Below are positions 1 to 8,500 of a stretch of 20,000 bases of DNA, piece by piece (position 1 is the first letter of the stretch; every line of letters begins with the position of its first letter). Under the pieces are notes generated by a model that searched no databases, was not told the origin of the DNA, and saw only the letters and a program-made list of their open reading frames with translations. This DNA comes from an uncultured virus (IMG/VR IMGVR_UViG_3300046327_000028). Taxonomy: Duplodnaviria > Heunggongvirae > Uroviricota > Caudoviricetes. The stretch lies in the IMG/VR virus record IMGVR_UViG_3300046327_000028. The stretch is one strand, 5' to 3'. The translations under genes and the position numbers were made by a program.

Positions 1-69
1 ATTTGTAACACCATTAATCTCTGCTTCTAAAGCAAGGATTTCTCCAAGTTGTAATTTAATTTTGCTCAT
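1..69 (-). CDS. 5' part of a small hypothetical phage protein (MSKIKLQLGEILALEAEINGVTN...), truncated by the left window edge
   Basis: ATG at 69-67, 23 open codons to the edge, A-rich leader (AAACTAACAAACAT) and a TATATTTG element 17 nt upstream of the ATG. Not in the ORF track because it is truncated. Confidence 0.75.
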   Translation of the reverse strand, partial: MSKIKLQLGEILALEAEINGVTN

Positions 70-86
70 ATGTTTGTTAGTTTATA

Positions 87-94
87 CAAATATA
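87..94 (-). promoter_or_regulatory. Putative Bacteroidota primary-sigma -7 promoter element (TATATTTG = TAnnTTTG)
   Basis: Exact match to the TAnnTTTG consensus in the 25-bp gap directly after the TAG stop of the 139-aa gene. No clear -33 TTTG element at the expected spacing. Confidence 0.55.
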
Positions 95-514
95 CTAAAC
101 TATTTCGATATTCTCTGCACCATATAATGCAGTTAATTTCTCTCCTAGTTTTTCATATCCTACTTCAAAAATTGTTTTAGTTTCAAAAGGAGTTAAGTTA
201 GATACATTTTTATAGAATGTTTCTTCCATCTCTGTATCTACACCATCTACTTGTTTAGTAATAGTTTTTGTATACGCAACACGATCAGTCATCTTTAAAT
301 CAATTGATATACCAATCTCTTTGGACTGTAACTTATTAGGATGAATAGTAGAGACATAAGCTGTGTCATACTCAGTAGCAGCTTTATCTTTAAAAACTTC
401 AATGATGAAAACTACATTTCCGTTTTTATTAATATCATATCCTCCGATACGAACGTAAGCACCTATTACGATTCCTTCGTTTGTGCCAATAGCAGTGTTA
501 ATTTTAAAAGCCAT
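95..514 (-). CDS. Hypothetical phage protein, 139 aa (possible tail-fibre-associated or assembly protein by position)
   Basis: Starts 3 nt after the tail fibre stop (TAA ATT ATG) and has protein-like composition. Function inferred from context only. Confidence 0.8.
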   Translation of the reverse strand: MAFKINTAIGTNEGIVIGAYVRIGGYDINKNGNVVFIIEVFKDKAATEYDTAYVSTIHPNKLQSKEIGISIDLKMTDRVAYTKTITKQVDGVDTEMEETFYKNVSNLTPFETKTIFEVGYEKLGEKLTALYGAENIEIV

Positions 515-517
515 AAT

Positions 518-814
518 TTATTTTGTTAATAATTGATTTACTAATAATTTAAGTTCATTAATTTCATTCTGTTGTTCTTTTATAGCTTCTGCAAGAACAG
601 AAACTATTGGACCATAGTTAATATTGTATTCATCAATTTCCTCAGCATATCTAACAGACTGTGGTAATACATCCATTAATTCTTGTGCAATAAAACCAAC
701 GTGTTGTGACTTAGCTTCATCTTTGATGTAATTATAATAAACTCCTCGCATGGCAAGAACTTTATCTAATGCGTTTGTAATAGATGAAATGTTTTCTTTA
801 GCACGTCTATCAGA
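518..814 (-). other. Peptidase S74 / intramolecular chaperone auto-cleavage domain of the tail fibre
   Basis: S1540-D-R-R-A-K1545 (814-797) fits the Ser-Lys dyad pattern SDxRxK. It is followed by GFIAQEL and a terminal heptad region (LAEAIKEQQNEINELKLLVNQL). Confidence 0.9.
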
Positions 815-3800
815 CCAAGTTGTCCAACCGTATTCAGCAGAACCATATTTAACACAACGGAAACCATCTCCTGAATATGTATTATCAGTTCCAATACCCC
901 AACAATTGTTTCCTCTATTATAAAATAATCTCCAAGCCCAATCATCATTGCTAAAGAAACCAAAGTTTCCACTTGTATCTTGCATTAGGTTTGTTACATA
1001 GTTGTTTACAATTACATAACCACCATGTCCACCCCTAGCAGTACCGTATGTTGCTACCTGACCAAAACTAGCCTGATAAGCAGCTCTTAATCCTGCTGAA
1101 TAACTTTCAAAATAAACACCGCTTTCATACCTAATTCTAGCCCAGTCATTAATATATATTGTTTGGAACGTAGGACCATCTGATGTACGAACATATTGAT
1201 TCATATTATATGCATATGAAGAGTTGCTGCTATCTAAAACAACACCTTCTGTTCCTCCACCATTTGCATTTTTACTACAATACAATGTTCCATTATACCA
1301 TCTAAACTGCCAACCATAACCACCTTTATAATGACCAGATTCATTTTCATTCATCATAAGATGCATGCCTGAATCATTAAAATGAATACCAGCCCAACTG
1401 TTTTTTCTACCATTAACCTGCATTGACCCATATGAACCATCCATATTTGGATAAATATGCAATCCATAATATGAAGGCCAGTACATACCAGTTGCCGCAT
1501 TTACTTGAATCCAAGTATTTGCTTGATAGTAACTATTACCAAACTTTCCAAGGTATGTACTTGAATCATAACCTCCTAATGAGGTTGAATTAGATGCGGA
1601 TTCAGCATATCGAGCTGTATCAACACGAACGCCATATGTACCTGCTCCATTCCATCCCATCAATGTAGGATAACTAGGAGACCAGTTTGCAGCATTAGGA
1701 TTAGTATTACTAATAGATGTTCCATCAGGAGATGTGCCAGCAGAGGCATCAAATATAGTATGGTTATTACCATAATTCTTCCATGATAATTGTCCTACTA
1801 CTATATCTCCAGCACTTCTAGATTGCCAGTTAGTTCTAGTAGGTAAATTATATCCTCCCCATTGAGTTGAATTACTTGCAGTAGTAGCAGTTGCTGCATT
1901 GCCGCTAATACTAATTCCCCAAGTGCCTGAAGCTCCACCACCTGTTAAAGAAGGTGAATACGAAGTATAGTTACTACTATCCAACACTGTTCTCCAAGCC
2001 TGCCAAGTACCTGAGTTTTTACCTCTGATAGCTATCTGACCTGTTCTAAAATCACCGTATATTTGATGGATCCAACTAGAGCTATAAGCAGAAGAGTAAA
2101 GACCACCGTCAGTTTGACCAAATAAACTTACAGAAGTATTATACCCTATCTGATTCTGAGTAACATTATCAGGGTTAATGCCGTTAGCACTACTAGTTAA
2201 TGTTAAGCCTATAACTGATCCTGAAGAACCACTAATAGACCCAGATGATGTAATATAACCACTTGGATTAGTTGAGTTATATGGCGTATAACCTAAAGCA
2301 CCAGTAACATCACCTGAAGTTAATGTAATAGCTCCAGTTCTAGTGTTAAAAGATGTAACACCTGATGCAATGGTCCAGCTTCTATTAGCAGATAGATCAT
2401 AAGTAGTTCCGTTGATGGTTAATGTTCTTGATGTAGGAACATAAGAAGAAAGCTGAGACGTAAGTGCCAATGTACCATCAGCAGCTGGCATAGTATAATT
2501 ATAATTCCCAGCATACAATAAACGAATTGCATTAGCTCCAGTATAAAATCCAATAGCTCCAGTCTCTGCCCAAACACCAGTGTATCCAGTATTAATACTT
2601 ACTTGACCTATGTTCTTTATTTGTAAAGTGTCATCAAGTTTAAATATATTAGACATCGTCTTAATGCCTGCTACTGTTTGATCTCCAGTTAATTTAACTA
2701 CATTAGCATCATTAGCAGGAGTGTATCCTAATACATCAGCAATAGATCTGTTTCTCCACAACTGTGTACCAGCAAGTGTTTGTAAGAATAATCCTTGACC
2801 ATCTGTAGGAGGAGCAGTAATTAATACATCATGTAATTCATTTACTTCAAAACCATTCTGAATGTTTACAAAGATCTCGCCATTATTGGATTGCTTTCTT
2901 GTAACAACACCAATGTAAACCATGTGAGCAGGAGCTACAGGTTTGTTAGCTAGGCCATATAATAATGTACCATTAGGTCCTAACCATACAGGATCACCAG
3001 CAGCACCAGCTGCAGATGTATCTAGTCCTGTAATTAAACCATATGTTACACACTCAACTTGAGCATTTAATGCACCACCTGTTTCTAATAGACCGAAAGT
3101 CTTTGATGATCCTGCTTCTGTAGTATTAGAAGAAGCAGAAACAATCATGTTTGTTCCATCAGCAGATGAAACATATACAGGAGTACCTTTAGTTAATGCT
3201 GCTCCTAGTTTAACTACATTCTTTACTTGTGAAGAGAAGTTGTCAATCCATTGTGTGTTGTAATCTGTAGCGTCAATCTTAGATAAGATTTGACCAGCAG
3301 TACCACCAGCAGGCATAGTTCCTGAAACAGTCCAAGATCTATTAGCTGATAAGTCATACGCTGTACCATTAATAGTTAATGTACGAGTTGTAGGAACATA
3401 TCCACTTAAGTCAGGAGTGTAGATAGGAACATTTAAAACACCTGTAGTAGAGTTATATGTAGCTGCACCAGATGTCCCAGTTGTTGTAAGAGAGATAGCT
3501 GTGCGAGCACGAGCAGGAGTGTAATATAAGTTAGTTAAACCTTCAGGCACGTCAGAAGATACTAATGATACAGCACCTGTGTATCCATTAACAGATACAA
3601 CAGCATCTGTATTGTCCACTTGTTGCCATGCTGTACCATCAAAGATAATCCAGTCACCTAGATTCCAGTCTGTAATACCATCAATGTTCGTAGTTCCAGG
3701 AACACTAACAATGTAATACCAACCAGTTGTACCTACACCAGATGTAAGAGTTGGTGTATTTGTAGAAGCATTCCAAGTTCCCTTATAGATAGAACCACCA

Positions 3801-5431
3801 ACTAAACCATTGATTTGATTCTGTACTTTACCAAATGCTTCTAGAATAGTATCTGTAGCAACTACAGAACCGCCAGTAATGTTAACACCTGTTAATAACT
3901 TACCAGTAACAGCAGGAGTAGATAATGTAATTGCTACAGAACCAGGTCCTGTTGCAGTAGCTTCTCCTGTTAGTGCAGTGATGTAATTACCAGCACCTTG
4001 TTTGTTGTTGAAGGTAGTCCAATCTGTAGAAGAAAGATACCCGTCTGTAGATGCACCAGCTTGAATGATTGATAATGTTCTATCAGCACTTAGATCACCA
4101 CCACCTTGTAAAGGTCCAGTTGTATTAATAGTTCTACTAGTAGTAACATAGCTACCAGCAGGTTGTTTGTTATTAAATATATTCCAGTCTGTAGCACTCA
4201 AATAACCATCTGCTGCTGTCGTTGCTTGAGCAATAGAGATGACGTGGTTTAAGATACTTAAAGGAGAAGATGAAGAAGATATTCTTTCTGTATAAGCTGT
4301 GTTCCAGTTTGTAGAGTTATCTACAAGTGATGTACCCCAACCAGTTCCTGTAGATACAGCAATACCAGCTCCAGGATAAATCATAGAGTCAATACTCCAT
4401 GATCTATTGGCACTTAAATCATAAGTGACACCATTGATTGTAAGTGTACGAGATGTAGGAACTTTGTTATTAAATGTAACCCAATCTACGTTATCTAAAT
4501 AACCATCAGTGCTTGCATCTGCTTTAGGAATAGAGATGTTAGGAGTAGCTCCACCACTAGAAACCAATGGAGCAGAAGCAGTTACGTTCGATACACCAGT
4601 AGCAATGTCCCAATAGATGTCAGATTGTAAATCATGTTGAACACCATTGATACTAAGCTTTCTTGTTTCAGGTGTAGGAACATATCCTAATACAGCTTCA
4701 AGATCTACGTGTGTAATAGGAGCTGCACCAGTTACTTGTCCTTTAGCATTAACTTTAAACTTTAAGAAGCTATTAACTGTATAAACGTTTGTGTTAACAT
4801 CTGATAGAGTTAATGTAGTTTGAGAACCTGTAACTCCCGATCCATAGACATCTCCTACAAAACTAAGAATACCTGACGGTACAACAATAGCTGTTGTTGT
4901 TAATGCTGTAACTCTACCTTTTGTATCTACAGTTACTACAGGAATACGTGTACCAGATCCGTAAGTGCCTGGGTTTGAGTTAACTACAGCTAGAGAAGCA
5001 TTCACTGATCCAGGACCAGCAGCAATAACATCACCTGTCAATGCTGTAATATAATTACCTGCAGCCTGATATGCTGTGCCATCTAATGTACCATCACCCT
5101 TTACAAACTGTGAAGCATTTCCACCAGTTGTGATATGTTTAGCAGCTCTTACATTACCTGTGAATGTTAATGTATAATTACCACCAATAGATATGTCAGT
5201 TGTAAGGTTTCCACCCAATCCTACAGGAGCACCTACTACAGATTGGTATACACCATTAGTAAACGTGTATCCCACCATTGCATCCCCAAACTTAGCATCT
5301 ATCTTTTGTAGAGCAGTTTGTACAGAGTCATTGGTAGTAATACCAGTGTACATTAGTGTACCACCTTCGTAGAATACGCAGGTAGCATTCAATATTACTG
5401 GGCACAAGTCAGCCGTGCATAATACATCCAT
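518..5431 (-). CDS. Long tail fibre / receptor-binding protein with C-terminal intramolecular chaperone (peptidase S74), 1637 aa
   Basis: T/G/S-rich shaft with several internal repeat families, W/Y/G-rich distal region, and a C-terminal SDRRAKENI...GFIAQE...INY...coiled-coil signature. Confidence 0.92.
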   Translation of the reverse strand: MDVLCTADLCPVILNATCVFYEGGTLMYTGITTNDSVQTALQKIDAKFGDAMVGYTFTNGVYQSVVGAPVGLGGNLTTDISIGGNYTLTFTGNVRAAKHITTGGNASQFVKGDGTLDGTAYQAAGNYITALTGDVIAAGPGSVNASLAVVNSNPGTYGSGTRIPVVTVDTKGRVTALTTTAIVVPSGILSFVGDVYGSGVTGSQTTLTLSDVNTNVYTVNSFLKFKVNAKGQVTGAAPITHVDLEAVLGYVPTPETRKLSINGVQHDLQSDIYWDIATGVSNVTASAPLVSSGGATPNISIPKADASTDGYLDNVDWVTFNNKVPTSRTLTINGVTYDLSANRSWSIDSMIYPGAGIAVSTGTGWGTSLVDNSTNWNTAYTERISSSSSPLSILNHVISIAQATTAADGYLSATDWNIFNNKQPAGSYVTTSRTINTTGPLQGGGDLSADRTLSIIQAGASTDGYLSSTDWTTFNNKQGAGNYITALTGEATATGPGSVAITLSTPAVTGKLLTGVNITGGSVVATDTILEAFGKVQNQINGLVGGSIYKGTWNASTNTPTLTSGVGTTGWYYIVSVPGTTNIDGITDWNLGDWIIFDGTAWQQVDNTDAVVSVNGYTGAVSLVSSDVPEGLTNLYYTPARARTAISLTTTGTSGAATYNSTTGVLNVPIYTPDLSGYVPTTRTLTINGTAYDLSANRSWTVSGTMPAGGTAGQILSKIDATDYNTQWIDNFSSQVKNVVKLGAALTKGTPVYVSSADGTNMIVSASSNTTEAGSSKTFGLLETGGALNAQVECVTYGLITGLDTSAAGAAGDPVWLGPNGTLLYGLANKPVAPAHMVYIGVVTRKQSNNGEIFVNIQNGFEVNELHDVLITAPPTDGQGLFLQTLAGTQLWRNRSIADVLGYTPANDANVVKLTGDQTVAGIKTMSNIFKLDDTLQIKNIGQVSINTGYTGVWAETGAIGFYTGANAIRLLYAGNYNYTMPAADGTLALTSQLSSYVPTSRTLTINGTTYDLSANRSWTIASGVTSFNTRTGAITLTSGDVTGALGYTPYNSTNPSGYITSSGSISGSSGSVIGLTLTSSANGINPDNVTQNQIGYNTSVSLFGQTDGGLYSSAYSSSWIHQIYGDFRTGQIAIRGKNSGTWQAWRTVLDSSNYTSYSPSLTGGGASGTWGISISGNAATATTASNSTQWGGYNLPTRTNWQSRSAGDIVVGQLSWKNYGNNHTIFDASAGTSPDGTSISNTNPNAANWSPSYPTLMGWNGAGTYGVRVDTARYAESASNSTSLGGYDSSTYLGKFGNSYYQANTWIQVNAATGMYWPSYYGLHIYPNMDGSYGSMQVNGRKNSWAGIHFNDSGMHLMMNENESGHYKGGYGWQFRWYNGTLYCSKNANGGGTEGVVLDSSNSSYAYNMNQYVRTSDGPTFQTIYINDWARIRYESGVYFESYSAGLRAAYQASFGQVATYGTARGGHGGYVIVNNYVTNLMQDTSGNFGFFSNDDWAWRLFYNRGNNCWGIGTDNTYSGDGFRCVKYGSAEYGWTTWSDRRAKENISSITNALDKVLAMRGVYYNYIKDEAKSQHVGFIAQELMDVLPQSVRYAEEIDEYNINYGPIVSVLAEAIKEQQNEINELKLLVNQLLTK
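2375..4684 (-). repeat. Dispersed tail-fibre repeat family A: VPT(S/T)RTLTINGxxYDLSANRSW
   Basis: Close copies at 2375-2443, 3332-3400 and 4397-4462. Divergent copy at about 4610-4684 (ETRKLSINGVQHDLQSDIYW). Related GGGDLSADRTLSI variant at about 4067-4150. Confidence 0.9.
3935..5059 (-). repeat. Tail-fibre repeat family C: GNYITALTG(D/E)xxAxGPGSV, 2 copies
   Basis: Copies at 3935-3991 and 5003-5059. Confidence 0.85.
4001..4537 (-). repeat. Tail-fibre repeat family B: (I/L)SIxxAxxxxDGYLxxxDWxxFNNK, 3 copies
   Basis: Copies at 4001-4075, 4166-4240 and 4463-4537, each 25 aa. Confidence 0.9.
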
Positions 5432-5480
5432 GTGTAGGCAAATTAAATTTTAAATATAAAAATACAGAATTGTATTGAAT

Positions 5481-5510
5481 TGTAGGATAGCTATAGAAAA
5501 CTATCCTACA
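5481..5510. promoter_or_regulatory. Perfect 10-bp inverted repeat (TGTAGGATAG-N10-CTATCCTACA) between the cargo genes and the tail fibre gene; function unknown
   Basis: Seen directly. No U-tract immediately follows the stem on either strand, so it is not a textbook intrinsic terminator. Confidence 0.6.
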
Positions 5511-5521
5511 TAATATAGCTA

Positions 5522-8500
5522 TTAGCGTCTTTGTACTTCGCTGCTAACTTTCATACCCCATTCTTTAGCACCTGCTGGCCAAACATAAGGAAGAATTTCC
5601 TTTTGGAATTGTGATGGACCAGGAATAATATCAAATACGGCTTTACCAAAGTATGTATCTTCTTTCAATTCTTCATCACTTGTTACAGTGCCATACATCT
5701 CTTTTGTTCCTGTAGTAATAATCTTCATTGCTTTACTAGCAATGGTCATACCTGGAATCAAGTTACCGTTCGTAAAACCTTCAACTGATAGAGGGTTGTA
5801 ATAGAAGTTAACCTCTTCCGCAGTCTTATACATAATCTTAGCTAACCACTTCCATCTATTTTTAGTTAAGTCATCTTCCTCATCATCATCATCTCCAAAG
5901 TGTTTAGTTCCAAAGTATAACGCTAATGTAAGAAGTACCACCTGTGCTTCTTTAAATTGGTCACTAACAGCTTTACGCATCATGTCATAAAACTCTTCAT
6001 TAGTAATTTGTAACTCTTCTCCAGTCTTCTCAAAGTAATCATCACGCTTAGCATCTAGCAACTCTTGCATGATTTTTAAACCCTCATCAGTACCATTCAT
6101 TATATCGATAGCTCTGTTAATTGTAGATTTACCATACTTGAATAATAGTTTACCAAACAAACGCGTTCTACCATATTCCCAACGTTGTTGCTTAACGTTA
6201 TATTTAATATCCTTAGCACGAAGTGAGATTTGTTTAGGAATCCAGCCTTTGAACATCATGAACGCATTAGCCATTGTATCACGAGTGTAACCAGCTTTGT
6301 CTTCTTGACTCATCTGACCACTCATGTCTCTATAGTTATCTCTAACTGTAATACGATATTTAGCAATCTCTTCATCACTAACACCAGGAATAGTTACATA
6401 GTCATCTTTGATTTCAGCAATCTTTAATAAAGACTTTGTATCCTTCAGTTCTTGTACACGATCTTCAAATGTTTTTTCTAATGCAGCACGTTCTGATTCA
6501 TTCATTTGATATTTAGCAGCTCTATCTTGCTGTATTAAATACTGACGAATGTTTACAAGCTTGCCATCTAAAACCATTGTGTTTTCATTAAACGTCATAG
6601 CATTTGCTATTTGTAAACGTTTTTCAGGTAATGAACTTGTAACCATCATTGCATCTTGGAATGTCCAAGTCTTTAACCATTTTACAGGAGATTGTTTCCA
6701 CGCAATTTTTCTTCTTTCTTCTGTAGCAACATCTTCGTTAAGAGGCATGATTAAATCTAATAATCCTTTTTCCATATCAGACATTAATCCTGGAATTATT
6801 GCACGGGCATTATTCTTTTCAAATTCTCTGAATCTATAGAAGTTACCAGCATTAATGTATGCTTGGAACTGTACACCAAACCAGTTAGGAATACCTACAG
6901 AAAGTTTAAGTGCTGTTCCTAACATCTGTGTCCAAGTACTTAGTGATCCTAATATTTTTTTAGCACCAAGCTTTCTACGTTCTTTGTCTTCTTCAAGTCC
7001 ACCTGTTTTATCAAACGCTACTTTAATGTGTTTGTTTGAAATAGAGTTTTCACTCTGATTGATGCCAAGTATGTAAGTGTTGTAGATATCTTGTAGATAC
7101 TCGATGTTTCTATTCTCAGCAGTAACCATAGGTTCACCCATATCATTAAGTAACTCATTGTCTTTATTAGTCATTAAGTTACCCTTGTTTTTGTCTACTG
7201 CAATAATACTTAGAAGTACATCATCCATTTGATTTCTAAGCTCATATTCATTGATTGCTTTAATCCACAATGGAACTACCTTAGTTAAGTCTGTAGATAG
7301 CTGATGTGCTTTTCTATCTGTGAATGTAAAGTATCTAGGAATATCTCTTACTTCTTTACCAGTTTCACGATTCACTTTACCAAGAGCTCTTTCTTCAGCC
7401 ACTCTAACTGTGTACGTATCTTTGAAGAAGTCTCCAAGATTACCACCTACATTATTTAAGTCTGAGAACTTATCTACAAGTAATGCATCCATCAAAGCAA
7501 AGAATGAACTATCTGCTTTACCAATATACCCCATGTCTTGAGCCTTTGCATTCAATCCTTCTACAATAAACTTCCAAAGATCTAATGCTGCTGGAGACAT
7601 AGCTTTGTATTCTTTAGATGCATTCTTATCTGTATCAATAGAATCATAAAAGATCTTATAGAATAGACCATCGTAAAATCCATTGAATGATTCACGATCT
7701 ATTAAAATTCTATCTTTTAAACGATCTATACGTCTTGCTTTTTCCTCATCATCTAAATTAGGATCAGAATCAATAGCAAGAATACCATTGTCTAAAACTT
7801 CTTTAGCAGTTGCGTCATATTTAGCTTTATCTATAACGTTTAAGAAAAATTCTTTGTCTCTGTTTTCTTTAGCCTTGTTAATTTTTTCTTGGAAATCCGT
7901 GCCCAATTTCTCAATGTATCTAGGCAATCCTTTACCATCTCTTGTACCAACAAGATCAAATACATCAACTCCTTTAGCTTGAGCTTCTTTTTGAGCAGCC
8001 AGTAACACTTTCTCAAATGCTCTAATCTGTAAACCAACTTGTCTATCTGTATTGTTCTTACCAATATCCCAGATACGTTGCATTAAGTTAGCAGCACGAG
8101 AAGCAATATTTGCTCCTTCAGTCATCAACTTATCAAATCCACTAAGCTCTCTTTCAGGATTAAGAATACTACCTTCCTGAATCATCTCTCCTGCCATTGC
8201 ACGCTTGACACTTTCTACAGGATCTTCTCTTGTAATACCGTAGTTAACAGAAAGTTGAACAACATATAATTGTCTGATAGTCAATGCATCAGCTAATAGT
8301 GCTTCTGTTCTAGTTGCTAAACGTTCTAAGTCAGATAACACTTGTTTCTCTTCTTCAGACAGTTGTTTGTCTTTATTTGCATAAATAAATACATCAGCAA
8401 TCTCTTGATACTTACTAGCACCTTCTGTAACATAGTTTAGTTCCTTTAGAACTTCTTGCATCTCTGAAAGAGACATTGTTGAGAAGTCTTTATGTTTAAT

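Noticed and set aside
766..972. 68-aa minus-strand ORF in an alternative frame within the tail fibre 3' end (similarly 7840-8064)
   Set aside because: Fully nested in well-supported genes. I saw no convincing frameshift signal or independent coding evidence.
518..2300. Diversity-generating retroelement target or invertible shufflon at the fibre tip
   Set aside because: No template repeat, reverse transcriptase, recombinase or inverted cassette is visible in the window. The fibre ends in a standard S74 chaperone.
5439..5446. TTAATTTG upstream of the tail fibre ATG as a Bacteroidota -7 promoter
   Set aside because: It mismatches the conserved A at position 2 of TAnnTTTG, lies in very AT-rich sequence and is only 7 nt from the ATG. 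Possible but unsupported.
5481..5510. Classical rho-independent terminator
   Set aside because: The stem is strong but has a 10-nt loop and no adjacent U-tract on either strand. Kept as a hairpin of unknown function.
5879..5893. (ATC)n microsatellite as a phase-variation tract
   Set aside because: Only about four trinucleotide units encoding poly-Asp, and slippage would preserve the frame.
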